A stretch of DNA of 64,000 bases from an uncultured bacterium (GTDB taxonomy: Bacteria > Chloroflexota > UBA5177 > JANWHV01), in contig CAWHAE010000010.1 in assembly GCA_963827235.1 (NCBI GenBank), positions 288,001 to 352,000 of the forward strand, in the 5' to 3' direction. Below are positions 49,970-58,390 of this stretch, piece by piece. Position 1 is the first letter of the stretch; each line of letters begins with the position of its first letter. Below the pieces are notes generated by a model. That model ran no database searches, was not told the DNA's origin, and saw nothing but the letters and a program-made list of their open reading frames with translations. Made by a program: the position numbers and the translations under genes.

Positions 49970-50224
49970 GTCAGTCTCCCTGTTTCGCCGGCATCAGGAT
50001 GGACTCATGCCTCGAGTATGCCAGGCGCTCAGTCCAATCCCAATGACGTTGACGACGAAGTCCTCTCCGATTCGAGCCCAGTAGAGGCGTGCGCTCTGCT
50101 GGGCGTGGACTTCTCCGTGCGCCAGTTGACATGCACGCCGGGCATGCCCCGGCGGCCCCGTCGATACCAGCTACAGCGCGCTCCGGGCCGGCAACAACGT
50201 GATGCCGAGGCGCGGAAGACTGGG

Positions 50225-50722
50225 CTAGGGCGCGCCAGCCGTGGTGGAGGCCATCGCCTCACCGTACGTCCAGCCATCGAGATCCGGCGGTTCGATGCCG
50301 AGCTGGCTCAGGATGGTCGCCACGTGGGCACGATGTTCGGTAGCGTGGTTGATCGCCTGGATCAGGATGGTGGCCGCCGGGAGAGCATAGGGCTCCCCAC
50401 GCCAGGTCCCGCGCAGGATGCGGCCGGCTGTCTCTTCCTGTGCCGCGACGCACAGCGCCTCCCCGCTGCTGCTGGCGCGCTCGCGGAGCGCGGCAACGCC
50501 CAGGAACGGCCCCTCCGCCCAGGCACGATCAGGCCGCTCGGCCTGGGCGAGCCTGGCCAGGTAGCTTTCCTCGGCCGCCACCAGGTGCACAAGGGTGGCA
50601 CCTAGCGGCCCGAAGGTGCCGGGGACTGCAGTGTCCAGCTGCACCGCGGTCAGGTCCGCGCAGGCGTCCAGCAGACGCAGGTTGGCCCACCGGTTGTGCT
50701 TGAAGAACTCGGCGAGAATCAT
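50225..50722 (-). CDS. DinB family protein
   Basis: FKHNRWANLRLL, TLVHLVAAE..Y, QAINHATEHRAHV, LG..PPDLDGW. Confidence 0.9.
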   Translation of the reverse strand: MILAEFFKHNRWANLRLLDACADLTAVQLDTAVPGTFGPLGATLVHLVAAEESYLARLAQAERPDRAWAEGPFLGVAALRERASSSGEALCVAAQEETAGRILRGTWRGEPYALPAATILIQAINHATEHRAHVATILSQLGIEPPDLDGWTYGEAMASTTAGAP

Positions 50723-51159
50723 CGGCACTCTACCTCCGTGGTGCGAACGGGCCACAGCCGGGCGCATGTACACGCGAGGGAGTATACCGCACCGGCGCGG
50801 AACGGAGCTCCGGGAGCCAGAGGTCGATGTCGGCGCCTGCTCTCGGGACGGCACCCCGGCGGTAGGCGCCGGAACAGAAGCCGTTGATCCTGCCTGCCCA
50901 CACAGCGCCTGTAGAGACGCCACGAGACGATGACGCCTCAGCTCGCCGCTGCGTCGACCGAACTGAGCCATGAGCACGTGGGGCATACATCACGCCGACC
51001 TTGTAACCGGTGCCCAGTCCACCCAGGATTCCGCGCGCCGAGTCGGTACGTACCTGTGCTGCCGGCGTTCGATCAGGCGAATGTTTCGGCCACCTCGGCT
51101 GCCACCTGCGCCCATTGCCAGAGACGCTGGGGCTCGTACCGCACGGTACTGACGTCTTT

Positions 51160-51900
51160 CATGATCACTGTCCTGGCGCACCACAGGGATCTGGATCGCG
51201 CTCCTGGCCTATATCGGTGTCGTCATCGGGCTGAGCCTGGTGACGGCCGGCGATGCCATCTGGCTGGCCCATGGTGGCAACGCCTTTGATGCGGCCTACG
51301 ACCCGGCGCCGACCAGCGCGACGTACGCGGCGGCAGCCGATCTGTTCCCGGTGGGCAATATCCTCTTGGTGCCGGCCTTGTTGCTCGGCGTGCCCGCCGT
51401 CCTGTACACGCCTTGGGCGTACTGGCGGCGGCCCCATCGCGGGCCCACTGCCGGGACCCGGCGGGAGCAGCGGCTGGCGCGCGGCTTGGAGCTGGGCGCT
51501 GTCGTGGCGGCAGCGAGTCTGGCCGTGCTGGCGCCGGTGGTCGCCACGGTCGCCGACCCGTCGCTAAGCCTACCTGCATCCTCGACGGGGCTCCGGCTGG
51601 CGTTGCTGGACGGCGGCCTGGTGCTCGCGGTCGTCCTGGTCACTACGGGCTTCGCCTTGGATCTGCGCGGTACCCGCTGGGCCAGACAAGGGCGGGTGCT
51701 GCTCTGGATCGGGACGAGCGCCTTGACCGTGGCGAGCCTCCTGGACTCGTGGGCCGGCACGAGCCTCAGTGGCACGACGGGCAGGTACGTGGCCCGCTCC
51801 TTCGCTGACCCGACCGCCTATGGCGGCGTGCTCGACCACTGCGTGGGGGCCGGGAGCTTCGTGCCAGCCGCAGCGACCGCGGCACCGCTGTTGGCGGTCG
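51160..51900 (+). pseudogene. Degraded multi-TM membrane protein (possible sensor input domain)
   Basis: Hydrophobic helices LLAYIGVVIGLSLVTAGDAIW...AAADLF...LLDGGLVLAVVLV. No clear start and apparent frame breaks; boundaries approximate. Confidence 0.35.
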
Positions 51901-52049
51901 TGGTCGAGCACGGGCATGGAGTTGCCGACATGCGGGCCGATTCGTCGCACTACAAGCGGGGCGCAGACGCGCTTGCAAGCGCGAATCAGGAGAACAGGTT
52001 GCGCAGCAACATGCGAGAACCAGCGCCCAGAGCGTGCTGGACCGAGGAG

Positions 52050-52305
52050 TGCGGTTGAGGCAAGGAGCCTGGCCTTGCTGGAGCACTGGGACGGCTTGGG
52101 TTGGCGGGTGGTAGCGGGTCCCAAGGTCGCAGATGCCTCCAACAGCCTGGCCGGCGTGACGGCGGTATCGGCCCATGATATCTGAGCCGTCGGGTCGAGC
52201 ATGCAGACTCCGCAGCAGTCGGGCTCCTGCCGCGGCGGACCGTGCCCCACGCGGACGCTGATCGAGCACTGGGACGGCATGCGCTGGAGCATCCTCCTGA
52301 GCTAA
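52050..52305 (+). pseudogene. Remnant of a TLIEHWDG-type beta-propeller repeat protein with an in-frame stop
   Basis: LALLEHWDGLGWRVV...SLAGVTAVSAHDI*AVG...TLIEHWDGMRWSILLS*. TGA at 52183-85 replaces the Trp of the expected DIWAVG motif. Confidence 0.7.
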
Positions 52306-52367
52306 AGCGATGCCACGTCGAGATCTACATGCCTCGCACGGCGCTGGGACCGCGGCCGTCTGTGTTC

Positions 52368-52422
52368 TTGACAACTCGCGATTCCGTGCTAAACTAGACT
52401 CAGAGATAGAACGTATGTGCTA
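52368..52422 (+). promoter_or_regulatory. Sigma70-type promoter followed by a LexA-like box
   Basis: TTGACA (52368-73), 16 bp, TAAACT (52390-95) with TG extension. TAGAACGTATGTGCTA at 52407-22 resembles the Gram-positive/Chloroflexi SOS box GAAC-N4-GTTC. Confidence 0.5.
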
Positions 52423-52835
52423 CTATCTGCGACACCGGCACCAATGGACGGCGAGCATACCCGTTGGCTCGCGCGCGCCCGCACCGTTGCTCGACGAGTT
52501 GGATGGACCACGCTGGACTGTGCCCGCCGCGCCGGCACGGACCCCTGCCCACCGCCGCCGAACACCGCTGCGCCCGGCTGCACCGCTTGCGCCCGCGCCG
52601 GCCGCCCGCGCTACGGCTGCCCGCGCACTCACGCTGCCGGCCCACGCGGCGCCGTGGATCTCAGATGGTTGCAAATGCTTGTAAATGCTTGTCAGGAACT
52701 TGTCCCGCTGACGCATCCTACTGCTTGCTTATGCTAAGACGGCCCTGGGATCGTGCGTCGTAGCGCAGTTCCAGCTGCACACTCTATTGCGGGTCTGCAG
52801 GTTGGTCCCACTGCCGTGCGACGACGCGTATCGCA

Positions 52836-53924
52836 TCACGGTGCCGGAAACGGCAGCGGGATGGCGTACAGCTTAGCCACCGCGACCAGCCCGCGCGCAA
52901 CTTCCAGGTCGAGACGGACGCCATCGCGCAGCGATCGCTCCATGGTCCGATGCTCTCTCTCGCCGGCAACAAGGATCTCCACCTCCGACTCGGCCCGGGC
53001 GGTGCCCTTGACGCGCAGTATCAAATCCGTGAGCCGGCGCCTAAAAGACGCCGGCTCGTCGAAGGCGGCGATGTTGACTGCCATGAAGAACTGCCCCAGG
53101 TCGCTGGCTCTACTGCCGCGGGCTCGCTGGATGAGCGGCCCGTAGAGTGAGCCCGGCAGCACGGCGCTCAGTATCTCCACCGCCATCGCCAGCCCGTAGC
53201 CCTTGTAGCCGGAGGTAATCGCCAGGCCGCCAAGGGGTAGCAGGCCGCCCGCCAAGCCCTCCTCGGGCGAGTCCGTGGGCCGGCCCTCAGCGTCCAGCGC
53301 CCAGCCGGCAGCCAGCCGCTCACCCCGGCGGCGCGCCACCTCAAGTCTGCCCTGTGGCACCACGGATGTCGCCACGTCCAACACGAAGGCAGGGATGCCT
53401 TCCGTAGGCGCAGCAATGGCGATGGGATTGGTGCCCAGGGCCGGCTGCTTCCCACCGGTGGGCACGACCAGCGGAGGGCTGTTCGTCAGCGAGACGCCAA
53501 TCTGGTCGTGCTCGAGCGCCATCATCGCGTAGTAGCCGGCCATTCCGTAGTGGTTCGAGTGGCGGACGGTCACGATACCGACGTCATGCGCCGCCGCCAT
53601 CTCGATAGCCTGCCGCATGGCGTGCACGCCAGCCGGATGGCCCATACCGTTGCGTGCGTCCAGCACGGTGGTGGCGGCCGACCGGCGCACGACTACCGGC
53701 TGCGCCGTGGCGTCGATCGCCCTCATCTCGATCATGGTGGCGTACCATTTGAGGAGTCCGACGCCGTGCGAAGCAATGCCGCGCATGTCGGCGGCAAGCA
53801 GGACGCGGGCGGTCGTCTCCGCATCATCGCTGCTTTGACCGGCGGCATGCAGTACTCGCGCGGCGAACGCCTGCAACTCGCCGGCAGCCACGCGGATCGA
53901 GGCAGCGTCAGCGAACGAGTCCAT
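52836..53924 (-). CDS. Ldh2-family (type 2 malate/lactate dehydrogenase, AllD/ComC-like) oxidoreductase
   Basis: ADMRGIASHG, SNHYGMAGYY, GTNPIA, LDVATS, YKGYGL, ILVAGERE. Confidence 0.93.
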   Translation of the reverse strand: MDSFADAASIRVAAGELQAFAARVLHAAGQSSDDAETTARVLLAADMRGIASHGVGLLKWYATMIEMRAIDATAQPVVVRRSAATTVLDARNGMGHPAGVHAMRQAIEMAAAHDVGIVTVRHSNHYGMAGYYAMMALEHDQIGVSLTNSPPLVVPTGGKQPALGTNPIAIAAPTEGIPAFVLDVATSVVPQGRLEVARRRGERLAAGWALDAEGRPTDSPEEGLAGGLLPLGGLAITSGYKGYGLAMAVEILSAVLPGSLYGPLIQRARGSRASDLGQFFMAVNIAAFDEPASFRRRLTDLILRVKGTARAESEVEILVAGEREHRTMERSLRDGVRLDLEVARGLVAVAKLYAIPLPFPAP

Positions 53925-54506
53925 CTTCTTCCCTTCTTCGCCTTGATTCCGACACTACTTTGTGAGATTCAATCCGATCGCTTCGCCGCAGGATGGCCGC
54001 ACACGGTGACCTTCGTACATATATCGGACCAGTTATCGGCATCCGTTCATTTTTGGGGGCGCCGCCGCGGGCATCGTGCCCGACGCAAGCCAGGTATCGG
54101 CCGCACTGCGCTCCTCGCTCTTGTGGCCCAGACGTATCGGACGCACCACTCAGTTCGGAGCTCCGGTCGCCGACGTTTCCTGCCACACTGAAGGCGATTC
54201 TACCAGGCTTTCCTAGTCCTCATGTATTTGCACGCGCACCAATACGGTATATCCTACGGTTGGTAAATCGGCGTTTGCCGGCTGGGAGGGTCCTGCTCAA
54301 GCCCGGGATGTCGCGTTGGTATCATGCCACGGACTGGGCCGGCACCAGCTTGAGAATGAAGCCGGCGCTGATCGGATTTCTGACTGCCGCCTGGGAACGT
54401 TCTCGGCCAAGCCTAGATTGGGATCGCTGCGCACATCGAAAATGCCCGGACCGTACCGTATGCCGGAATCGTCGTGCCAAGCCAAAGTACAGTTTGCGAG
54501 GCTCCA

Positions 54507-57218
54507 ATGGCGTGTCTGCATGAAGACGAGAGCCGCTCAGTTGCTGGGCGAGATGATGCGCTCGATGCCGCCCTCTCTGTCGAAGAAGCGCGTGAGGAGC
54601 TGATCGCGTACTGGAAGGCACGCCTAGCCGGGGCGCCGGCATTGCTCGAGCTTCCTGCCGACCATCCGCGCAGTGCTCTACCTTCCGGCCCGAGGGCAAC
54701 TGTTCGCTTCGAGATCCCAGAGGGGATGCTCAACCAGGTTCGGGCCCTCGCGAGCGACAACGAAGCTACCCTGTTCATGACGCTGCTGGCGGCATTCGAC
54801 GTGGTGCTCGCGCGCTATAGCGGACAGACGGACGTGTGCGTCTTCGTGGCAGAGAGAGCTCGGGGCGGGATTTGCTGCCCGCCGGAACAGAGGGATACCG
54901 TCGCTACCAACACGCTCGTCTTCCGGCTAGACCTGGAGGGGAATCCCAGCTTTCTCGCGCTGCTGAGCCGCGTTCGCGAGCAGCTCCTGAGCGACGTGAA
55001 GCATCCGGGGCTATCTCTCGCGCAGCTGGTGGAGACACTACGTCCCCAGCTGAGTCCGGCGTACAATCCGCTCGCGCAGGTGCTCGTCATCATGCATGGC
55101 ATGCCGGCATCCGGCTCGGCGACGACGGGCGTGGAACAGCAATCCTCGCAGCCTGACCTGGACGTAGCCAGGCTCGATCTCGTGCTGCGCCTCACAGAGA
55201 CGGCGACCGGGATCGCGGCGGAGCTGGACTATGCCACCGATCTGTTCGAGCACGCGGCGATCGAGCGACTGGCGGCGCATTTTACGATCCTTCTGGGCGG
55301 GATCATCGCCGAGCCGGACAAGCCGATCTGCACGCTGCCGCTGATGACGCCCGTGGAGCGCCATCACGTGCTCATCGAGTGGAATCAGACTGCCAGCCCC
55401 TATCCATCCGAGAGCTGCCTGCACCAGTTGTTCGAAGAGCAGGTGGAACGCACGCCAGAGTCTGTCGCGCTCGTCTTTGGCGGCGAGCAGCTGTCCTATC
55501 GACAACTCGACGAGCGGGGCAATCAACTGGCATTCCGACTCCGGGAGCTCGGGGTTGGTCCAGAGGTTCTCGTCGGACTGTTCATGCAACGGTCGGTCGA
55601 GGCGTTCGTGTCGGTGATCGGCATTCTCAAGGCAGGCGGTGTATGTGTTCCCTTCGACCCTGGCAACCCGGCTGAACGCCTGGCACGCCTGATGGGCGAT
55701 GCGCGGCCGGCCGTCGTGCTCACGCATCGCAGCCTCGCTCACCAGCTTCCCGATCACTCGGCCGCAACCGTCTTCCTCGACGACCGGCTCGCCGACAGCA
55801 CGCTCTCTAGTGGCCGGCGCGTTCAAAGCGGCGTCACATCGCGGAATCTCGCCTACGTGTTCTTCACTTCGGGCTCGACCGGTAAGCCCAAGGGAGTGAT
55901 GCTGCGGCACAGCGGTCTCTGCAACATGGCGACAAGCCTTTCCGAGATGCTCGGGACCGGAACGTCGAGTCGAGTCTCGCAGCTCGCTTCACTCAGCTTC
56001 GTCGCTTCGCTCTGTGAGATATTCTCGGCACTGTCAAAAGGTGCGACTCTCGTCGCGGCCACACCGGACGAAAACCAGCCGGGACTGCCTTTGTGGCGCT
56101 TTCTGCAGCGACAGTCCGTCTCGATGGCGACGTTTGTGCCGTCTGCCCTGGCGGTCATGCCATCCGACCCGTTGCCCGAGCTCGATACGATAACCGTCAT
56201 GGGCGAGAGGTGTCCCGCGGATCTCGTGCGACGGTGGTCTTCCGGCCGCCGATTCTTCATCGGCTACGGCGCGACCGAGGTCAGCGGCCGCGCGATCATG
56301 TGGCAGGCATCGGCCGCCGCCGAGGCTCCGTTGATCGGCCGGCCGCTGCACAACGTTCGCGCATATGTGATGGACGAGTATGGCCAGCCCGTGCCTGCAG
56401 GTCACACCGGCGAGCTCTATGTCGGCGGCCCGGGAGTGGCACGCGGCTACCTGAATCACGACGAGCTCTCGGCTGAGCGCTTCGTCGCCGATCCGTACTG
56501 CGACGTGCCCGGATCGCGACTCTGCCGGGTCGGCGATCTCGTTCGCTATCGGCCGGACGGCAACCTTGAGTATCTGGGTCGAGCCGACCAGCAAGTAAAG
56601 CTGCGTGGTTATCGAATCGAGCTCGGCGAGATATCGGCTGCCTTGCTCGAGCATCCGAGTGTGGCCAGCTGCGCGATAACCACATATGAATTCGCACCGG
56701 GCAGTCCGGACCTCGTGGCGTACGTGGTCGCCCGCTCGGAGCCGCCGCCATCGGCACAAGCTTTGCGCGACTTCTTGCTGCAGAAGTTACCCGTGTTCAT
56801 GGTGCCGGCGAGGTACATGTATCTGGCGGTACTTCCCTTCACCCCAAACGGGAAACTCGATCGCCCGGCGCTTCCACAGCCGGACGAATCGGAGCCGGCG
56901 GGTTCCGGCACGTACGTGCCTCCGCGCACGGAGCTAGAGGAGCACGTGGCCCACGTCTTCGCGGAAGTCCTCGGCCTGGATCGGATCGGGAGAGACGACG
57001 ACTTCTTCCGGCTCGGCGGTCATTCGTTGCTAGCGGCGCGCGCGATGGCAAGGCTCAGCGATTTGTATGGACTGGAGATTCCGCTGGACGTTCTGTTTAC
57101 GCATCCTACGCTTGGCGCGTTCGCAGAGTATGTCGACGCAGTGGCATGGGTACAGGCGCAGGCTTCGTCAAACTCGACGAGCGCCGGCGGTGCAGGACGG
57201 GTCGAGGAGACCATATGA
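54507..57218 (+). CDS. Single-module NRPS-like protein: partial C - A - PCP
   Basis: C-terminal half of a C domain only (YWKARLAGAPALLELPADHPR; no HHxxxDG). A motifs: AYVFFTSGSTGKPKGV, GELYVGGPGVARGY, GRADQQVKLRGYRIELGEI, PNGKLDR. PCP motif DDFFRLGGHSL. Confidence 0.92.
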   Translation: MACLHEDESRSVAGRDDALDAALSVEEAREELIAYWKARLAGAPALLELPADHPRSALPSGPRATVRFEIPEGMLNQVRALASDNEATLFMTLLAAFDVVLARYSGQTDVCVFVAERARGGICCPPEQRDTVATNTLVFRLDLEGNPSFLALLSRVREQLLSDVKHPGLSLAQLVETLRPQLSPAYNPLAQVLVIMHGMPASGSATTGVEQQSSQPDLDVARLDLVLRLTETATGIAAELDYATDLFEHAAIERLAAHFTILLGGIIAEPDKPICTLPLMTPVERHHVLIEWNQTASPYPSESCLHQLFEEQVERTPESVALVFGGEQLSYRQLDERGNQLAFRLRELGVGPEVLVGLFMQRSVEAFVSVIGILKAGGVCVPFDPGNPAERLARLMGDARPAVVLTHRSLAHQLPDHSAATVFLDDRLADSTLSSGRRVQSGVTSRNLAYVFFTSGSTGKPKGVMLRHSGLCNMATSLSEMLGTGTSSRVSQLASLSFVASLCEIFSALSKGATLVAATPDENQPGLPLWRFLQRQSVSMATFVPSALAVMPSDPLPELDTITVMGERCPADLVRRWSSGRRFFIGYGATEVSGRAIMWQASAAAEAPLIGRPLHNVRAYVMDEYGQPVPAGHTGELYVGGPGVARGYLNHDELSAERFVADPYCDVPGSRLCRVGDLVRYRPDGNLEYLGRADQQVKLRGYRIELGEISAALLEHPSVASCAITTYEFAPGSPDLVAYVVARSEPPPSAQALRDFLLQKLPVFMVPARYMYLAVLPFTPNGKLDRPALPQPDESEPAGSGTYVPPRTELEEHVAHVFAEVLGLDRIGRDDDFFRLGGHSLLAARAMARLSDLYGLEIPLDVLFTHPTLGAFAEYVDAVAWVQAQASSNSTSAGGAGRVEETI

Positions 57219-58324
57219 CGCCGTTGGCGCCGGCCGATCTCGACCTTCTGACGCGACTGCGCCAGGCCGACATCAGGCTCTCGGTGGACGGTGAGAGCCT
57301 TCGCGTGAGCGCGCCGGCCGGCGCCGTTACGCCGGAGCTACGCGCCGAACTGGCCCAGCACAAGGCAGAGCTGCTCGCGTTCCTCCGCTCGACCGGTGGC
57401 GAAGGCACGAACCAAGGCGGGCGAGCGCCAATAGTTGAGATTCAGCACGGCGCGGGCAAGGCCCCCTTCTTCTTCCTGCATGGCGACTTCACCGGCGGCG
57501 GATACTACGCACACAGACTCGCGCGCGGCCTCGGCCCGGATCGGCCCTACTACGCGCTGCAGCCCCATGGACTAGACAGCGAAGACCTCCCACGCACCAT
57601 GGAGGCGATGGCGGCGTCGTTCGTCAAGCCGCTGCTTGGAGTGCGGCGGGAGGGGCCGCTGTTGCTCGGCGGGTACTGTGCCGGGGCATGGGTAGCTCTG
57701 GAGCTGGCCCGGCTCTTGACGGCGCGCGGAGAGAACGTGGAGCTCGTCGTCGTCCTGGATCCGCCCATTCAACCGCCGCTCCGAATTCGTCTCGTAAGAA
57801 GGTTGGTCGCTGGAATCGGTGCCGTATTGCGCATCTCTCCGGAGCGCCAGCTGAACGTCTATCTGGCGCTCTGGCGGCGTTATGGAAGGGGGCCCGCGGC
57901 GGCTCGGGGTCATGCGGAGCATCCAGAAGGCCGAGCTCCGTGGCACCGCGCTCTCGACCTGGTGCTGGCGCGACTCTGTGACGCCCCAGGGAATAGCCAG
58001 GGCCGCGCAACGCTGGCTGGGAAAGCCGCGCTGGATAACACCGACATGGGAGCCAAATACGTTTGGGTCCGGGCCCGCTATCGACCCCGAGTGTACGACG
58101 GCCGCGTCACGCTTCTCCAATTCTCGGATCGACCGGTTCGCTACCTGGAGCGACAGGAGAGGTGGTGGCGGTCCCTGGCCCGGCATCTCGAAATCCGCAC
58201 GGTCCCTGGGGATCACGATACCTCGATCACGCAGCACAACGCAGTGCTCGCGGAGCAGCTCCGACTCTGCCTCGAGGAACGATCTCAACCGCCGGCAGGC
58301 GAGCACACGCATCGCGGCGGTTGA
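57215..58324 (+). CDS. Stand-alone thioesterase with N-terminal TubC-type docking domain
   Basis: ATGA overlap with the NRPS. LLTRLRQADIRLSVDGESLRVSAPAGAVTPELRAELAQHKAELLAFL (TubC_N-like); FFFLHGD, GGYCAG, VPGDHDT. Confidence 0.85.
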   Translation: MTPLAPADLDLLTRLRQADIRLSVDGESLRVSAPAGAVTPELRAELAQHKAELLAFLRSTGGEGTNQGGRAPIVEIQHGAGKAPFFFLHGDFTGGGYYAHRLARGLGPDRPYYALQPHGLDSEDLPRTMEAMAASFVKPLLGVRREGPLLLGGYCAGAWVALELARLLTARGENVELVVVLDPPIQPPLRIRLVRRLVAGIGAVLRISPERQLNVYLALWRRYGRGPAAARGHAEHPEGRAPWHRALDLVLARLCDAPGNSQGRATLAGKAALDNTDMGAKYVWVRARYRPRVYDGRVTLLQFSDRPVRYLERQERWWRSLARHLEIRTVPGDHDTSITQHNAVLAEQLRLCLEERSQPPAGEHTHRGG

Positions 58325-58390
58325 CGACGCACGCACCTGGCGGCCTGTCGGAGAGATGGTGCAGAACGTGATGAACTCGGAGTCGGTCAA

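Noticed and set aside
52183-52185. TGA recoded as Trp or selenocysteine
   Set aside because: TGA is the normal stop of many genes here, and the surrounding sequence is an isolated fragment. A TGG-to-TGA nonsense mutation is simpler.
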